In this document: positions 53,952 to 63,091 of the stretch, piece by piece
How the letters are laid out: each line of letters starts with the position of its first letter
Numbering within the stretch: position 1 is the first letter of the stretch
The notes under the pieces: model-generated
The model's database searches: none
The model's input: the letters and a program-made list of their open reading frames with translations, nothing else
Told to the model about the DNA's origin: nothing
Position numbers and translations under genes: made by a program
Assembly (NCBI GenBank): GCA_031368325.1
Contig: JANMNR010000059.1
Coordinates: forward strand, 761 to 64,760
Length of the DNA: 64,000 nucleotides
Source of the DNA: Pirellula sp.
GTDB lineage: Bacteria; Planctomycetota; Planctomycetia; Pirellulales; Pirellulaceae
Reading direction: 5' to 3'

Positions 53952-55649
53952 ATGAAAAATACCCGGCAATGGTGCGTGCATCTCGTTCGTATTGCGATCC
54001 TCTGCTGCATCATTTTGATGATGCATCTTCAGCACGATCGATTGTTGGCGATCCAACGTGGGCGTTCGCTTACTCAAGCCGTTTGGAACAGCGGATTGGG
54101 ATTTTATCCTCCATCATCAAAATGGGGTGAACCAGAGAATCATGGTGGTCGAGAAGTCCTCAGCGTCGATAGCGAGTCGATTGGTTACGTCGTTCAAACG
54201 GCACCGGAGAGCGATCGATTCCTCGGCTTCTCGGGACCGACCAATCTGCTGATCGCTTTTGACAAACGGGACCGTATTCTCGGTGTGGAGGTGTTGTCCA
54301 GTCGCGACACACGCGACCACGTAAACCTGATAGTCAAAGATAAAGCGTTTTTCGGAGCGTGGAAGAATATGTCCTGGCAGGAGGCGGCATCAGCAAAGGG
54401 CGTCGACGGAGTCGCCGGCGCAACGTTGACCAGCCTGGCCATGGTCCAAGGGATTCAACGGAGGTTGGGGGCGGTTGACGTTGCAGGCAAGTTCCCAGAA
54501 ACCCTGGAATTGAGCGCGGCCCAAGGTTTTTTTCCGATGGCCGACCGCATTGAGCAGGATAGTACGGTCCGATCGTTGTGGCACGTTTCCGACGCGAAGT
54601 CGATTGTTGTCGGAGCAATCCTGCGCACTTCTCCGGCTGCAGATGAGATCGTTGGTTATCAAGGACCAACCGACACCCGTATCGCATTCAAGCCCGACGG
54701 AACCATCATTGGTATCTCCATTTCAGCCAGCTTTGACAACGAGCCTTATGTTGGATACGTCAAGAGCGACGCAGGATTCGAGAAGCTTCTTAAGAAATAC
54801 TCGATGAAGCAATGGAGCACGCTAGATCTCAAACAAGAACAGATCGAGGGTGTATCTGGAGCTACGATGACAAGCATGGCGGTCGCTCAAGGGTTGATCG
54901 CAGCAGCGGCCGCCTATGAATCGGAACAAGCGGCGAAACAAACATCTCAAACAGCGAATTGGACAGGGATTTGGCGTACCATCAGTACGATAGCCATCGT
55001 GGCATTCGGCTTGATCATTGGCTTGAGCTCATTGCGAGGCAACAGTCGCGTCCGCATTGCTTTTCAAGTTATCGTGATTGTGTATCTAGGATTGATCAAC
55101 GGCGACCTTTTGTCGATGGGCATGTTTACCGGTTGGGCACAAAGCGGTATTCCATGGCAAAACGCTTTGGGCTTGGTTGTGTTGGCAGCCGCAGCCATCA
55201 CGTTACCGATTGTTGCTCGCAGCAATGTTTACTGTTCGCATCTTTGTCCTCATGGAGCGGTTCAGCAGTTATTGCCTCGCCGATGGAAGACGAAGTCATC
55301 GATGCCGCGTGCACTCGTTCGGCTGTTGTTTTGGATTCGTCCCGCGCTGATTGCGTGGGTGATCTTGGTTACGTTACTGCAGTTACCCTTCAGCTTGGTG
55401 GATATCGAGCCCTTCGACGCCTATGCATGGCGATCGGCAGCATGGCCGACTGTCGTGGTGGCTGTGTTGGGAATCGTCGTTTCGTTGCGAGTTCCGATGG
55501 CCTACTGCCGATATGGTTGCGGAACGGGAGCCATACTTCAATACCTGCGTCGGCATTCACGCAGCGATCGGCTGACGCGAGCCGATTTGCTTGCCTGCGG
55601 GTGCTTGGCGGTTGGCGTGCTGCTGTACTTCGCGAGAATTCCGTCGTGA
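53952..55649 (+). CDS. NosR/NirI-like membrane protein: two FMN-binding domains plus polytopic CX3CP domain
   Basis: GFSGPT...DGVAGATLTS (54414-54425) and GYQGPT...EGVSGATMTS (54855-54866). Several TM helices. YCSHLCPHGA and YCRYGCGTGA. Start 53886 or 53952. Confidence 0.85.
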   Translation: MKNTRQWCVHLVRIAILCCIILMMHLQHDRLLAIQRGRSLTQAVWNSGLGFYPPSSKWGEPENHGGREVLSVDSESIGYVVQTAPESDRFLGFSGPTNLLIAFDKRDRILGVEVLSSRDTRDHVNLIVKDKAFFGAWKNMSWQEAASAKGVDGVAGATLTSLAMVQGIQRRLGAVDVAGKFPETLELSAAQGFFPMADRIEQDSTVRSLWHVSDAKSIVVGAILRTSPAADEIVGYQGPTDTRIAFKPDGTIIGISISASFDNEPYVGYVKSDAGFEKLLKKYSMKQWSTLDLKQEQIEGVSGATMTSMAVAQGLIAAAAAYESEQAAKQTSQTANWTGIWRTISTIAIVAFGLIIGLSSLRGNSRVRIAFQVIVIVYLGLINGDLLSMGMFTGWAQSGIPWQNALGLVVLAAAAITLPIVARSNVYCSHLCPHGAVQQLLPRRWKTKSSMPRALVRLLFWIRPALIAWVILVTLLQLPFSLVDIEPFDAYAWRSAAWPTVVVAVLGIVVSLRVPMAYCRYGCGTGAILQYLRRHSRSDRLTRADLLACGCLAVGVLLYFARIPS

Positions 55650-55659
55650 GGGCATCGCG

Positions 55660-56790
55660 ATGAAAAGTCTAGTCGCTGCCGCCTTTTGCATCATGGTCCT
55701 TCTGCTTCTGGATAGGAACATTGCTGCTGAAATCAAAATCGTTTCCGGTAGAGCGATGGGAACATCCTATACGCTGAAGCTTGCCGGTCCATCGGAAACA
55801 ACTTCCTTTGACGAAGCAAGTACCGCAGTCAAAGACGAACTGGAACGCATTGAAACGATCTTTTCACTCTATCGTCCCGAGTCCGAACTAAGCCGCTGGA
55901 ACGAGGCCAAAGCCAACGAGTGGATCGAGGTATCCGAAGATCTGTACTTGGTTGCCCAGTTTGCAATGGAGTTGTCTCGAGAAACGGACGGAGCATTCGA
56001 TCCGACCGTTAGGCCGCTCATGCGGTTGTGGCAGCTGGATAGCCTTGCTCCAGCTTGGGCTCCCCCAAGTCTGGAAGCGATTGAGGAGTGCCGAACAAAG
56101 ATCGGCTCAAATCAAATCGAGTTTCAGGCTAATCCACGATCGATTCTGAAACGAAGCGACGCGATCCAAATGGATCTCAATGCACTCGTTGAAGGCTGGG
56201 CGATCGATCACGTCGTTTCACTGCTGACAAGAAGGGGCTTCGGTCGAGCTTTGTTTGAGCTTGGTGGCGAATTCGGTAGTATTGGCAGGCCGACGGATTC
56301 AGTGCCATGGCAAGTCGGGATCGAAGATCCAACGAATCCATCACGGTTGATCGCCAAAGTGGCGTTGATCGGTGAATCGCTTTGCACATCCGGTAACACG
56401 AAACAGGGAAGAGTGCACCGTGGGCAACGCTATTCGCATATTCTCGATCCGCGGACGGGACGTCCCCTGGATCATGACATGGCGACCGTGTCGGTACTGC
56501 ATGCTAGCGCCATGGTTGCCGACGGGTGGTCGACTGCATTGCTTGTGTTGGGACCAAAGGCATCGCGAGCGTTTGCGGAGCGAAAGGGGCTCTGCGTAGG
56601 TTTCGTTCGCATTACACCAGAGGGCGTTCACATGAGCTCGACAGCGGAATCGAGCGACCGATTTCAACGTAGCAACGCCGACGTGACGCCCAGCAGTTGG
56701 CCGCACTGGGTCATGTCGGGGATAAGTGTTTTTGTGTTAGTAGGTTTTTTCGCCGCTTATATCGTGCTAAATAAGCGAAAATCCAGATGA
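55660..56790 (+). CDS. apbE: FAD:protein FMN transferase
   Basis: AMGTSY, FSLYRPESELSRWN, TDGAFDPTV, DLNALVEGWAID, ELGGEF, CTSG, YSHILDPRTG, ADGWSTAL. Confidence 0.92.
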   Translation: MKSLVAAAFCIMVLLLLDRNIAAEIKIVSGRAMGTSYTLKLAGPSETTSFDEASTAVKDELERIETIFSLYRPESELSRWNEAKANEWIEVSEDLYLVAQFAMELSRETDGAFDPTVRPLMRLWQLDSLAPAWAPPSLEAIEECRTKIGSNQIEFQANPRSILKRSDAIQMDLNALVEGWAIDHVVSLLTRRGFGRALFELGGEFGSIGRPTDSVPWQVGIEDPTNPSRLIAKVALIGESLCTSGNTKQGRVHRGQRYSHILDPRTGRPLDHDMATVSVLHASAMVADGWSTALLVLGPKASRAFAERKGLCVGFVRITPEGVHMSSTAESSDRFQRSNADVTPSSWPHWVMSGISVFVLVGFFAAYIVLNKRKSR

Positions 56791-56864
56791 ATGGAGAAGC
56801 TGTGCAGTAGGATTCATTCCGAGGTGAATGACCTGCGGCATACAGGTGCTCGCCGCTGTGCGGG

Positions 56865-58307
56865 TTAAACTTTGGGGACTTCGTGGACGACAAGCAGATT
56901 GTGCGTGTTGTTGATTAGCCCCGTGCCGGTCACGTAGACGACGCGGTCACCAGCAGCAAGCATGCCTCGCTCGACAGCCCATTTGGTCACTTCGTCGAAC
57001 AACCCCTCGGGATTATCGAGGTTTGACACTTTGTGTGGCATGATCCCCCAAAACAAACACATGCGCCGAAGCGTATGGTCGGAGTCGCTGACACCCAGCG
57101 TTGGGATATAGTTGCGTTGCTTCGATTTAACCCACGCCGTTCCGCCTGTTCGGCTGGCCACGACAACGAGCTTGGCGTCGATCGCTTCTGCGATGTTGGC
57201 GGCATTATGCGTGACCGCTGCCGTGATGGGATGCACCCGCGAAAAGAATCGTGTCTTGGAATCCTGCGGTTGCGTCTTGAGCATCTTTTCCGTGCTGAGC
57301 ATGATGCGATTCATGGTATCGACGGTAATGATCGGGAAATCACCGATCGCCGTTTCGCCGCTCAGCATACAGGCATCCGCACCATCGAGAATGGCATTGG
57401 CGACGTCGCTTGCTTCGGCTCGGGTTGGACGTCGATTGTGATGCATGCTCTCTAGCATTTGTGTCGCCACGATGACTGGCTTGAGACGCTCGCGGCAGAC
57501 TTGGATGATTCGTTTTTGTGCTACCGGCGTGTCGGCAACATCGATTTCAACGCCCAAGTCCCCTCGCGCGACCATCACTCCGTCCGCAGCATCCACGATC
57601 TCTTCCAAGCACTCAAGAGCTTCACGCTTCTCGATCTTGGCGATCACCAACGCTTGAGCGTCCATCGACGCCAGTAGGTTCTTTAGCGACGAGACGTCCT
57701 GTGCCGATCGAACAAACGACAAACTGATGAAGTCCACATCGTTCTTTGCAGCCCATAATGCATTCGAGACATCTTCAGGCCGCATGGACGAAACCGAAAG
57801 GGAGGTCCCCGGCAAATTGATCCCTTGCTTGGAGCGAATCGTTCCGCGGACTGAGACAAAGCAACGGACGCTGTCGCGCTGCTTGTCGATGACGTGCATG
57901 GATATCATACCGTCCGCCAACATGACCGGATCGCCAACACCTAGTTCGTCGATCAGTTTGGTATAGTTGCTTGTTAGTTCCGTCGGAGAGCCAGGTACGT
58001 CGCCCCGAATGAACGTCACCTCGGTGCCGACGTCCACCTCTAGCGGATCCTGCAACAATTTGCCGAGTCGAATTTTAGGACCAGCCAAATCGAGCAAGAC
58101 CCCAACAGGAAAACCCGTTACTTCGCGGACACGTTGGATCTTGGCCATGACACGTGCGAAATCGGTTTGTGTACCGTGGGCGGCGTTGATTCGGAAAATG
58201 TCGACGCCATGGATCACCAACTCCGCCAATATCGCTTCGTCTTCACACGCCGGTCCAATTGTCGCCACAATCTTGGTTCGAGCTTCGCTTAACGTATTTC
58301 GTGGCAT
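56865..58307 (-). CDS. pyk: Pyruvate kinase
   Basis: TKIVATIGPA, IAKIEK, MVARGDLG, ATQMLESM, CMLSGETA. Confidence 0.97.
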   Translation of the reverse strand: MPRNTLSEARTKIVATIGPACEDEAILAELVIHGVDIFRINAAHGTQTDFARVMAKIQRVREVTGFPVGVLLDLAGPKIRLGKLLQDPLEVDVGTEVTFIRGDVPGSPTELTSNYTKLIDELGVGDPVMLADGMISMHVIDKQRDSVRCFVSVRGTIRSKQGINLPGTSLSVSSMRPEDVSNALWAAKNDVDFISLSFVRSAQDVSSLKNLLASMDAQALVIAKIEKREALECLEEIVDAADGVMVARGDLGVEIDVADTPVAQKRIIQVCRERLKPVIVATQMLESMHHNRRPTRAEASDVANAILDGADACMLSGETAIGDFPIITVDTMNRIMLSTEKMLKTQPQDSKTRFFSRVHPITAAVTHNAANIAEAIDAKLVVVASRTGGTAWVKSKQRNYIPTLGVSDSDHTLRRMCLFWGIMPHKVSNLDNPEGLFDEVTKWAVERGMLAAGDRVVYVTGTGLINNTHNLLVVHEVPKV

Positions 58308-58557
58308 TTAGAATGGAACCTTTGAAAAGGAGTTGTTGTCGCGATCCATTCGCGGACTTTCGAGATATTGTGTAGATTTCCTACTATTTTGGCTATGGCA
58401 GTACGACGATTTGATTTATGAACATGGATGGTAAACTTGGGGTCGGCATCGCAACCAAACGCCAGGATTGTGAGCGAGATTGAAGCTTTGCGGAGTTGCC
58501 TCCATGCGATTCGCACACATTTACTTGAACTTTATTATTCAATTGGGAATTTTTTGA

Positions 58558-59418
58558 ATGGGAAATACCGGACCGTGGACCGAGCGTTGGGTCGTTGTCT
58601 GCGGGGGTACGTCCGGACTTGGGCTTCAACTGGTCATGGCGGCTTCACGGCAAAGAGCCAATCTCATCATCGTTGGTCGGGACGTTTCGCGACTTGAAAC
58701 GGCCAAGGCGATGGCCATCGAAAACGGCGCATCCTCGGCGGCGATCTACTCAGTCGACTTGAGTCTGAAGGGCTCAGATTTGACTTCGACAAATCATCTT
58801 GGGCCTAACGATGAGCCCAAACTTCAAACGTGGCTGGCCGAACATAACGTAGACTTGCTCCTGAATGCGATCGGTCGATCGGACCGAGGGCCGTTGGAAC
58901 AGCTGAGCGATATCGACCTTGCGTCGATGCTGAACGACAATGTGATATGCACTTGGAATATGACACGCTTGGCGCTGAATTCGATCAAGCGGGCTCGTGG
59001 CACGATCGTCAATATCGGCTCACTTGCCGGCCTAGTCTCTGCGCCCGGCATGGGCGGCTACTCCATTTCCAAATCGGCACTTACCGCCATGTCACGCCAG
59101 TTGCGTGTCGAACTCGCAAGCTCTGGTATACACGTCATGCTTGTTTGTCCGGGTCCGATTGCGAGAGACGACGCAGCGACACGTTACCAAAAACTAGCTG
59201 AGCAGCGAGGACTCGACACCGAATCGGCCACCAAGCCAGGCGGTGGCGTCAAGCTACGAACGATCGATCCCAAAGTATTGTGTCATAAGATCCTCGAGGC
59301 AGCCCATCGGGGAAAGAAGGAACTCGTGACTCCAGTTAAGGCTTCGTTCCTGGCTGGCATAAGCGACCTATGGCCTAACCTCGCAGATTGGATCTTGAAA
59401 AGGTACATTCGAAATTAG
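58558..59418 (+). CDS. Short-chain dehydrogenase/reductase
   Basis: VVCGGTSGLG, IVNIGSLAG, YSISK (YxxxK). Confidence 0.9.
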   Translation: MGNTGPWTERWVVVCGGTSGLGLQLVMAASRQRANLIIVGRDVSRLETAKAMAIENGASSAAIYSVDLSLKGSDLTSTNHLGPNDEPKLQTWLAEHNVDLLLNAIGRSDRGPLEQLSDIDLASMLNDNVICTWNMTRLALNSIKRARGTIVNIGSLAGLVSAPGMGGYSISKSALTAMSRQLRVELASSGIHVMLVCPGPIARDDAATRYQKLAEQRGLDTESATKPGGGVKLRTIDPKVLCHKILEAAHRGKKELVTPVKASFLAGISDLWPNLADWILKRYIRN

Positions 59419-59467
59419 TGGAGCCGAGCTGCTCAAGCTGCCCGGTGAGGATGGCATTGGATTTTGG

Positions 59468-59530
59468 GTTTGAGATTTGCAATCTGATTTTGAGATCTCA
59501 AATTTGAACTCTCAAATCTGCAATTTGCAG
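59468..59530 (+). repeat. Degenerate heptamer repeat tract with a central palindrome
   Basis: tttgagatttgcaatctgattttgagatctcaaatttgaactctcaaatctgcaatttgc; perfect palindrome tttgagatctcaaa at 59489-59502. Confidence 0.75.
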
Positions 59531-59587
59531 CATGTCCATTCCCAACACTTTACACACAACACCTTACATCTCACACCTAACTTGCCC

Positions 59588-60019
59588 ATGAACCAACCAC
59601 TTGCCGCAAAACCGCTCGACACGTCAAAGTTGCACGAACTCGTCGCTGCGGCCCAGAATGCCGCGTTGTCAGCTTACAACCCCTACAGCAAGTTCGCGGT
59701 CGGTTGTGCGCTCTTATCCAAGAGCGGCAAAATCTATTGCGGATGCAACATCGAAAACGCATCCTATTCGGTCACGATTTGTGCGGAGCGAGTCGCTGCC
59801 TCACAAGCCATCTTACAACGGGACATGCAGTGGGATTCCATCGTCGTGGTCTCGCCCGAGCGAGTTACGATCTGCGGCGTTTGCCGCCAGTTCCTGCACG
59901 AGTTTGCACCGGAGCTACGCGTTTGGAGCGGCTACTTGAATAACACCGATCTCTTGGGGCCTGTTCTCCTCAATGAAATGTTGCCAGCCGCGATGACCCT
60001 CGCTCGTAAACCAGTTTAG
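59588..60019 (+). CDS. cdd: Cytidine deaminase (homotetrameric type)
   Basis: AYNPYSKFAVG, GCNIENASY, ICAER, CGVCRQ. ATG 59588 preferred. Confidence 0.92.
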   Translation: MNQPLAAKPLDTSKLHELVAAAQNAALSAYNPYSKFAVGCALLSKSGKIYCGCNIENASYSVTICAERVAASQAILQRDMQWDSIVVVSPERVTICGVCRQFLHEFAPELRVWSGYLNNTDLLGPVLLNEMLPAAMTLARKPV

Positions 60020-60091
60020 CTCAGTACTCCTTACTGTTATTCTCTGTCAGCAGCCGTTCTCCCATTCCACGCTTTCCTCAGTACCCAACCA

Positions 60092-63091
60092 GTGACCGAC
60101 CAACTCCCTGAACCACTTTCGCAACTAGATGCTGCCTTTGAACGGCGAGTCAGTCGATACGTCGTTGGTATCGATCTCGGAACCACCAACTGCGCCGTTG
60201 CCTTTATGGACACCCAACGCCCTAATTCGCTGCTGGAGACATTCCGCATCGAGCAAATGGTCGATCTGCAGACCAGCCAATTCTCCGATACTTTGCCCTC
60301 TTTCCACTACGAACTTACCGCACCCGAGTCATCGCAAGTCCATTCCCGGTTTCACTTCTCGGATGGCCCGCATGTAAGTGTTGTCGGTGCTTTTGCGCGA
60401 CAACGGGGTGTGCAAATGCCAGGCCGTTGTATCGCTTCCGCTAAGAGCTGGCTATGCCACACGCTCGTCGACCGAACATCAGACCTGCTTCCGTGGAGTG
60501 CTGATGACGGCGTTCAATTGTGTTCACCCGTTCAAGCTAGCCGTCGTTATCTGGAACACATCCGGCGCATGTGGGACCGCGAACACCCTGGCGAACCCCT
60601 GGCGCAACAGGATGTGATCGTGACACTGCCGGCTTCCTTTGATGAGGTTGCAAGGCGACTTACTATCCAAGCGGCCACTGAAGCCGGCTTGCCCAACGTG
60701 ATCTTAATCGAGGAGCCTCAAGCAGCTTTTTACGCGTGGCTACATCGCAATCAAGAAACTTGGATGCAAACAATGCGTCCGGGACAGAGCATACTCGTAT
60801 GCGATATCGGCGGAGGTACTACGGACTTTACCCTCATTCGCGTGGTCGAAACGAAATCGACAACGGCGTCCGCGGAGGCATCCAAACGCAACGCATCCTC
60901 GAGTGAAGCCGCCGCGATCGACTTGAGCGAATCGGTCGGTGAATCTCTCCAAGCCACGTTTGGCTTGCATCGCGTCGCCGTGGGCGAGCACCTCATGCTT
61001 GGTGGCGACAACCTCGACTTGGCTCTCGCTCGTTCGCTCGAGCAACAGCTGCTTGCTGACTCACCTGGGCAAGATCGCTTGAGGCCAAGGCAATGGGATG
61101 CACTCAAAGCACAATGCCGAGCGGCCAAGGAGTCGTTGCTTGGGCCAGAGCCACCCAATACGTACAAGATGTCGTTGCCCGGCAGCGGATCGAAACTCAT
61201 CGAGAACACCCGAACTCTATCGATCGACTTGGATTGGGCGAGGCAATTGTTGGTCGATGGTTTTTTTGGGCGAGTAGCCATTCAAGATCGACCGGACAAA
61301 GCGGGCGAAGGTTTTCAAGAGTTTGGATTACCTTACGCAGCCGATCCTAACGTAAACAAACACTTAGCGGCATTTTTGTGGGAACATCGCTGGGCGGGCC
61401 GCGACGAGTTAGCTCGCGAGCAACTAAACAATTTGCAAGCGGCACGGCCCGATTGGGTTCTCTTTAACGGTGGGGTTCTCGAATCCACGCAAATCAGACA
61501 GGCAATCCTTCAACAAATAGCAGAGTGGTTTCAAGCGGGCGATTCCTGGCAGCCTGGACTGCTTGAAGGGAATCGGCTGGATCTCGCGGTCGCGCAGGGA
61601 GCGGCGTACTTCGGTCAAGTGCGTCGAGGGGAAGGTGTTCGCATCGATGCGAGGCTAGCGCGTGCATATTACCTTCTGGTCGAGCAATCGCCCGCTCAAG
61701 CGATGTGCGTGATGCCTGCCAACGCGATGCCGCTTGATCGGTTTCGGATCGACGAACACCCGTTTCATTTGATGGTCGGTCAGCCAGTTCAGTTTCCTTT
61801 GTTTCATAGCAGCACGAATTTGATCCATGAAATCGGTCAGATTGTTCCGGTGGACAAGGAGTCGATGACCGCCATGTCTCCGATACGGACTGTATTAGAA
61901 ATGGGGAATCGCAAACAGCAGCAACTCGTGCCAGTGGTCTTGGAATCCGAACTGAGCGAAATCGGAACGTTGGCCATGAACTTGGTGGTAGCTCGGCGAC
62001 AAGAGCTCGAGCAGCTGCCTTCCCAACTCGATCCTGACAGCAGCTGGAAATTGGAATTTGATGTTCGGATGTCGACACTGCAGGGAACAAACGCTGATCC
62101 CCAGCAAGTTGGTTTGATCGAGACCGCGCAATCAACCGTTGTCCAGTCCGCAATGGATGCTATGCAGAGTGTGTTTGGTGATTCGCCAACGGTACAGCCT
62201 CGGCAGGGGATCGCGTACATAGCAGAAAAAATGGGTGTTGCGAGGCGAGATTGGAGCCCATCTTTGTTAAGAGAGATGTGGCGGTACTTGCAAGAGCATC
62301 AGGCGTATCGCAAGATCTCCGCGGAGCATGAATCTCGTTGGCTGAACATGGTGGGTTGGTGCTTGCGACCTGGTTTTGGTTTGGCGGCGGACGATTGGCG
62401 AGTGAATACAACATGGCGAAGCGTTCATAACAAATTGTTGCACCGTACTGCTGCGAACGCTTCGGAGACGATTGTGTTATGGCGTCGCATTGCGGGCGGT
62501 TTTACACCCGGTCAACAGCGAGCGTTGTTCCAAGACTGTTGGGCACGCGTTCGGCCGTTGCTTGCTGGTGGATCGCAGTCGCAGTCATCGAATACCAATG
62601 TGGCGATTGAGTTGATGCGGTTGGTTGGGTCACTGGAGTGGTTGACCACCGAAGAGAAGTCGACGGTGGTCGATCAGATTTTACAATCGTTTGGCCGGAA
62701 AAAGCTTGAGTCGGTACACGGTCCGTTGCTATGGACTCTTGGGCGGCTGGGGAGTCGGACGCCGGTTTACGCAACGCTGCAGCAGGTTATCAGTGCCACA
62801 CGCGTTCAGGCTTGGGCGGAGAAGCTCTTGCAGCTGGACGATGGATGGATCGCCAAGAACTCGAGTATGTACTCGCTTTGCTTGATGCAGTTGACGCGTC
62901 GCACGAACGACCGCTATCGCGATGTGACGATGGCGTTGCGAGAACGGGTAGCCGCCAAGCTGACGGGGCTAGGATCGCCGTCGCTGCATATCGATTTGGT
63001 GCTGCAAGGTGGCAGTCTCGATCAAGCGAGCGAGGAGTCAATCGTAGGCGAAGCACTACCGCTCGGATTTAGACTGTCGTCGTCTCGTTGA
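60092..63091 (+). CDS. Hsp70-family ATPase with atypical (DUF3731-like) C-terminus
   Basis: GIDLGTTN, TLPASFDEVAR, EEPQAAF, VCDIGGGTTDF, GGDNLD. C-terminal WLNMVGWCLRPGFG...DDWR and IGEALPLG-type segments instead of a DnaK substrate-binding domain. Confidence 0.85.
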   Translation: MTDQLPEPLSQLDAAFERRVSRYVVGIDLGTTNCAVAFMDTQRPNSLLETFRIEQMVDLQTSQFSDTLPSFHYELTAPESSQVHSRFHFSDGPHVSVVGAFARQRGVQMPGRCIASAKSWLCHTLVDRTSDLLPWSADDGVQLCSPVQASRRYLEHIRRMWDREHPGEPLAQQDVIVTLPASFDEVARRLTIQAATEAGLPNVILIEEPQAAFYAWLHRNQETWMQTMRPGQSILVCDIGGGTTDFTLIRVVETKSTTASAEASKRNASSSEAAAIDLSESVGESLQATFGLHRVAVGEHLMLGGDNLDLALARSLEQQLLADSPGQDRLRPRQWDALKAQCRAAKESLLGPEPPNTYKMSLPGSGSKLIENTRTLSIDLDWARQLLVDGFFGRVAIQDRPDKAGEGFQEFGLPYAADPNVNKHLAAFLWEHRWAGRDELAREQLNNLQAARPDWVLFNGGVLESTQIRQAILQQIAEWFQAGDSWQPGLLEGNRLDLAVAQGAAYFGQVRRGEGVRIDARLARAYYLLVEQSPAQAMCVMPANAMPLDRFRIDEHPFHLMVGQPVQFPLFHSSTNLIHEIGQIVPVDKESMTAMSPIRTVLEMGNRKQQQLVPVVLESELSEIGTLAMNLVVARRQELEQLPSQLDPDSSWKLEFDVRMSTLQGTNADPQQVGLIETAQSTVVQSAMDAMQSVFGDSPTVQPRQGIAYIAEKMGVARRDWSPSLLREMWRYLQEHQAYRKISAEHESRWLNMVGWCLRPGFGLAADDWRVNTTWRSVHNKLLHRTAANASETIVLWRRIAGGFTPGQQRALFQDCWARVRPLLAGGSQSQSSNTNVAIELMRLVGSLEWLTTEEKSTVVDQILQSFGRKKLESVHGPLLWTLGRLGSRTPVYATLQQVISATRVQAWAEKLLQLDDGWIAKNSSMYSLCLMQLTRRTNDRYRDVTMALRERVAAKLTGLGSPSLHIDLVLQGGSLDQASEESIVGEALPLGFRLSSSR

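Noticed and set aside
53886-55649. Calling this gene nosR (N2O reduction)
   Set aside because: There are no nosZ/nosD neighbours, it has two FMN domains, and it lacks the C-terminal ferredoxin domain.
56791-56864. Possible bidirectional terminator between apbE and pyk
   Set aside because: Only a bulged, imperfect stem is present (attca/tgaat core) with no U-tract on either strand.
59477-59587. ORF-track N-terminal extension of cdd (similarly 42176-42250, 51468-51581, 55591-55659)
   Set aside because: The extensions run through repeat or intergenic DNA or overlap upstream genes. Downstream ATGs give family-typical N-termini or signal peptides.
60092-63091. Calling this gene dnaK
   Set aside because: It lacks the DnaK substrate-binding domain and has no grpE/dnaJ context.
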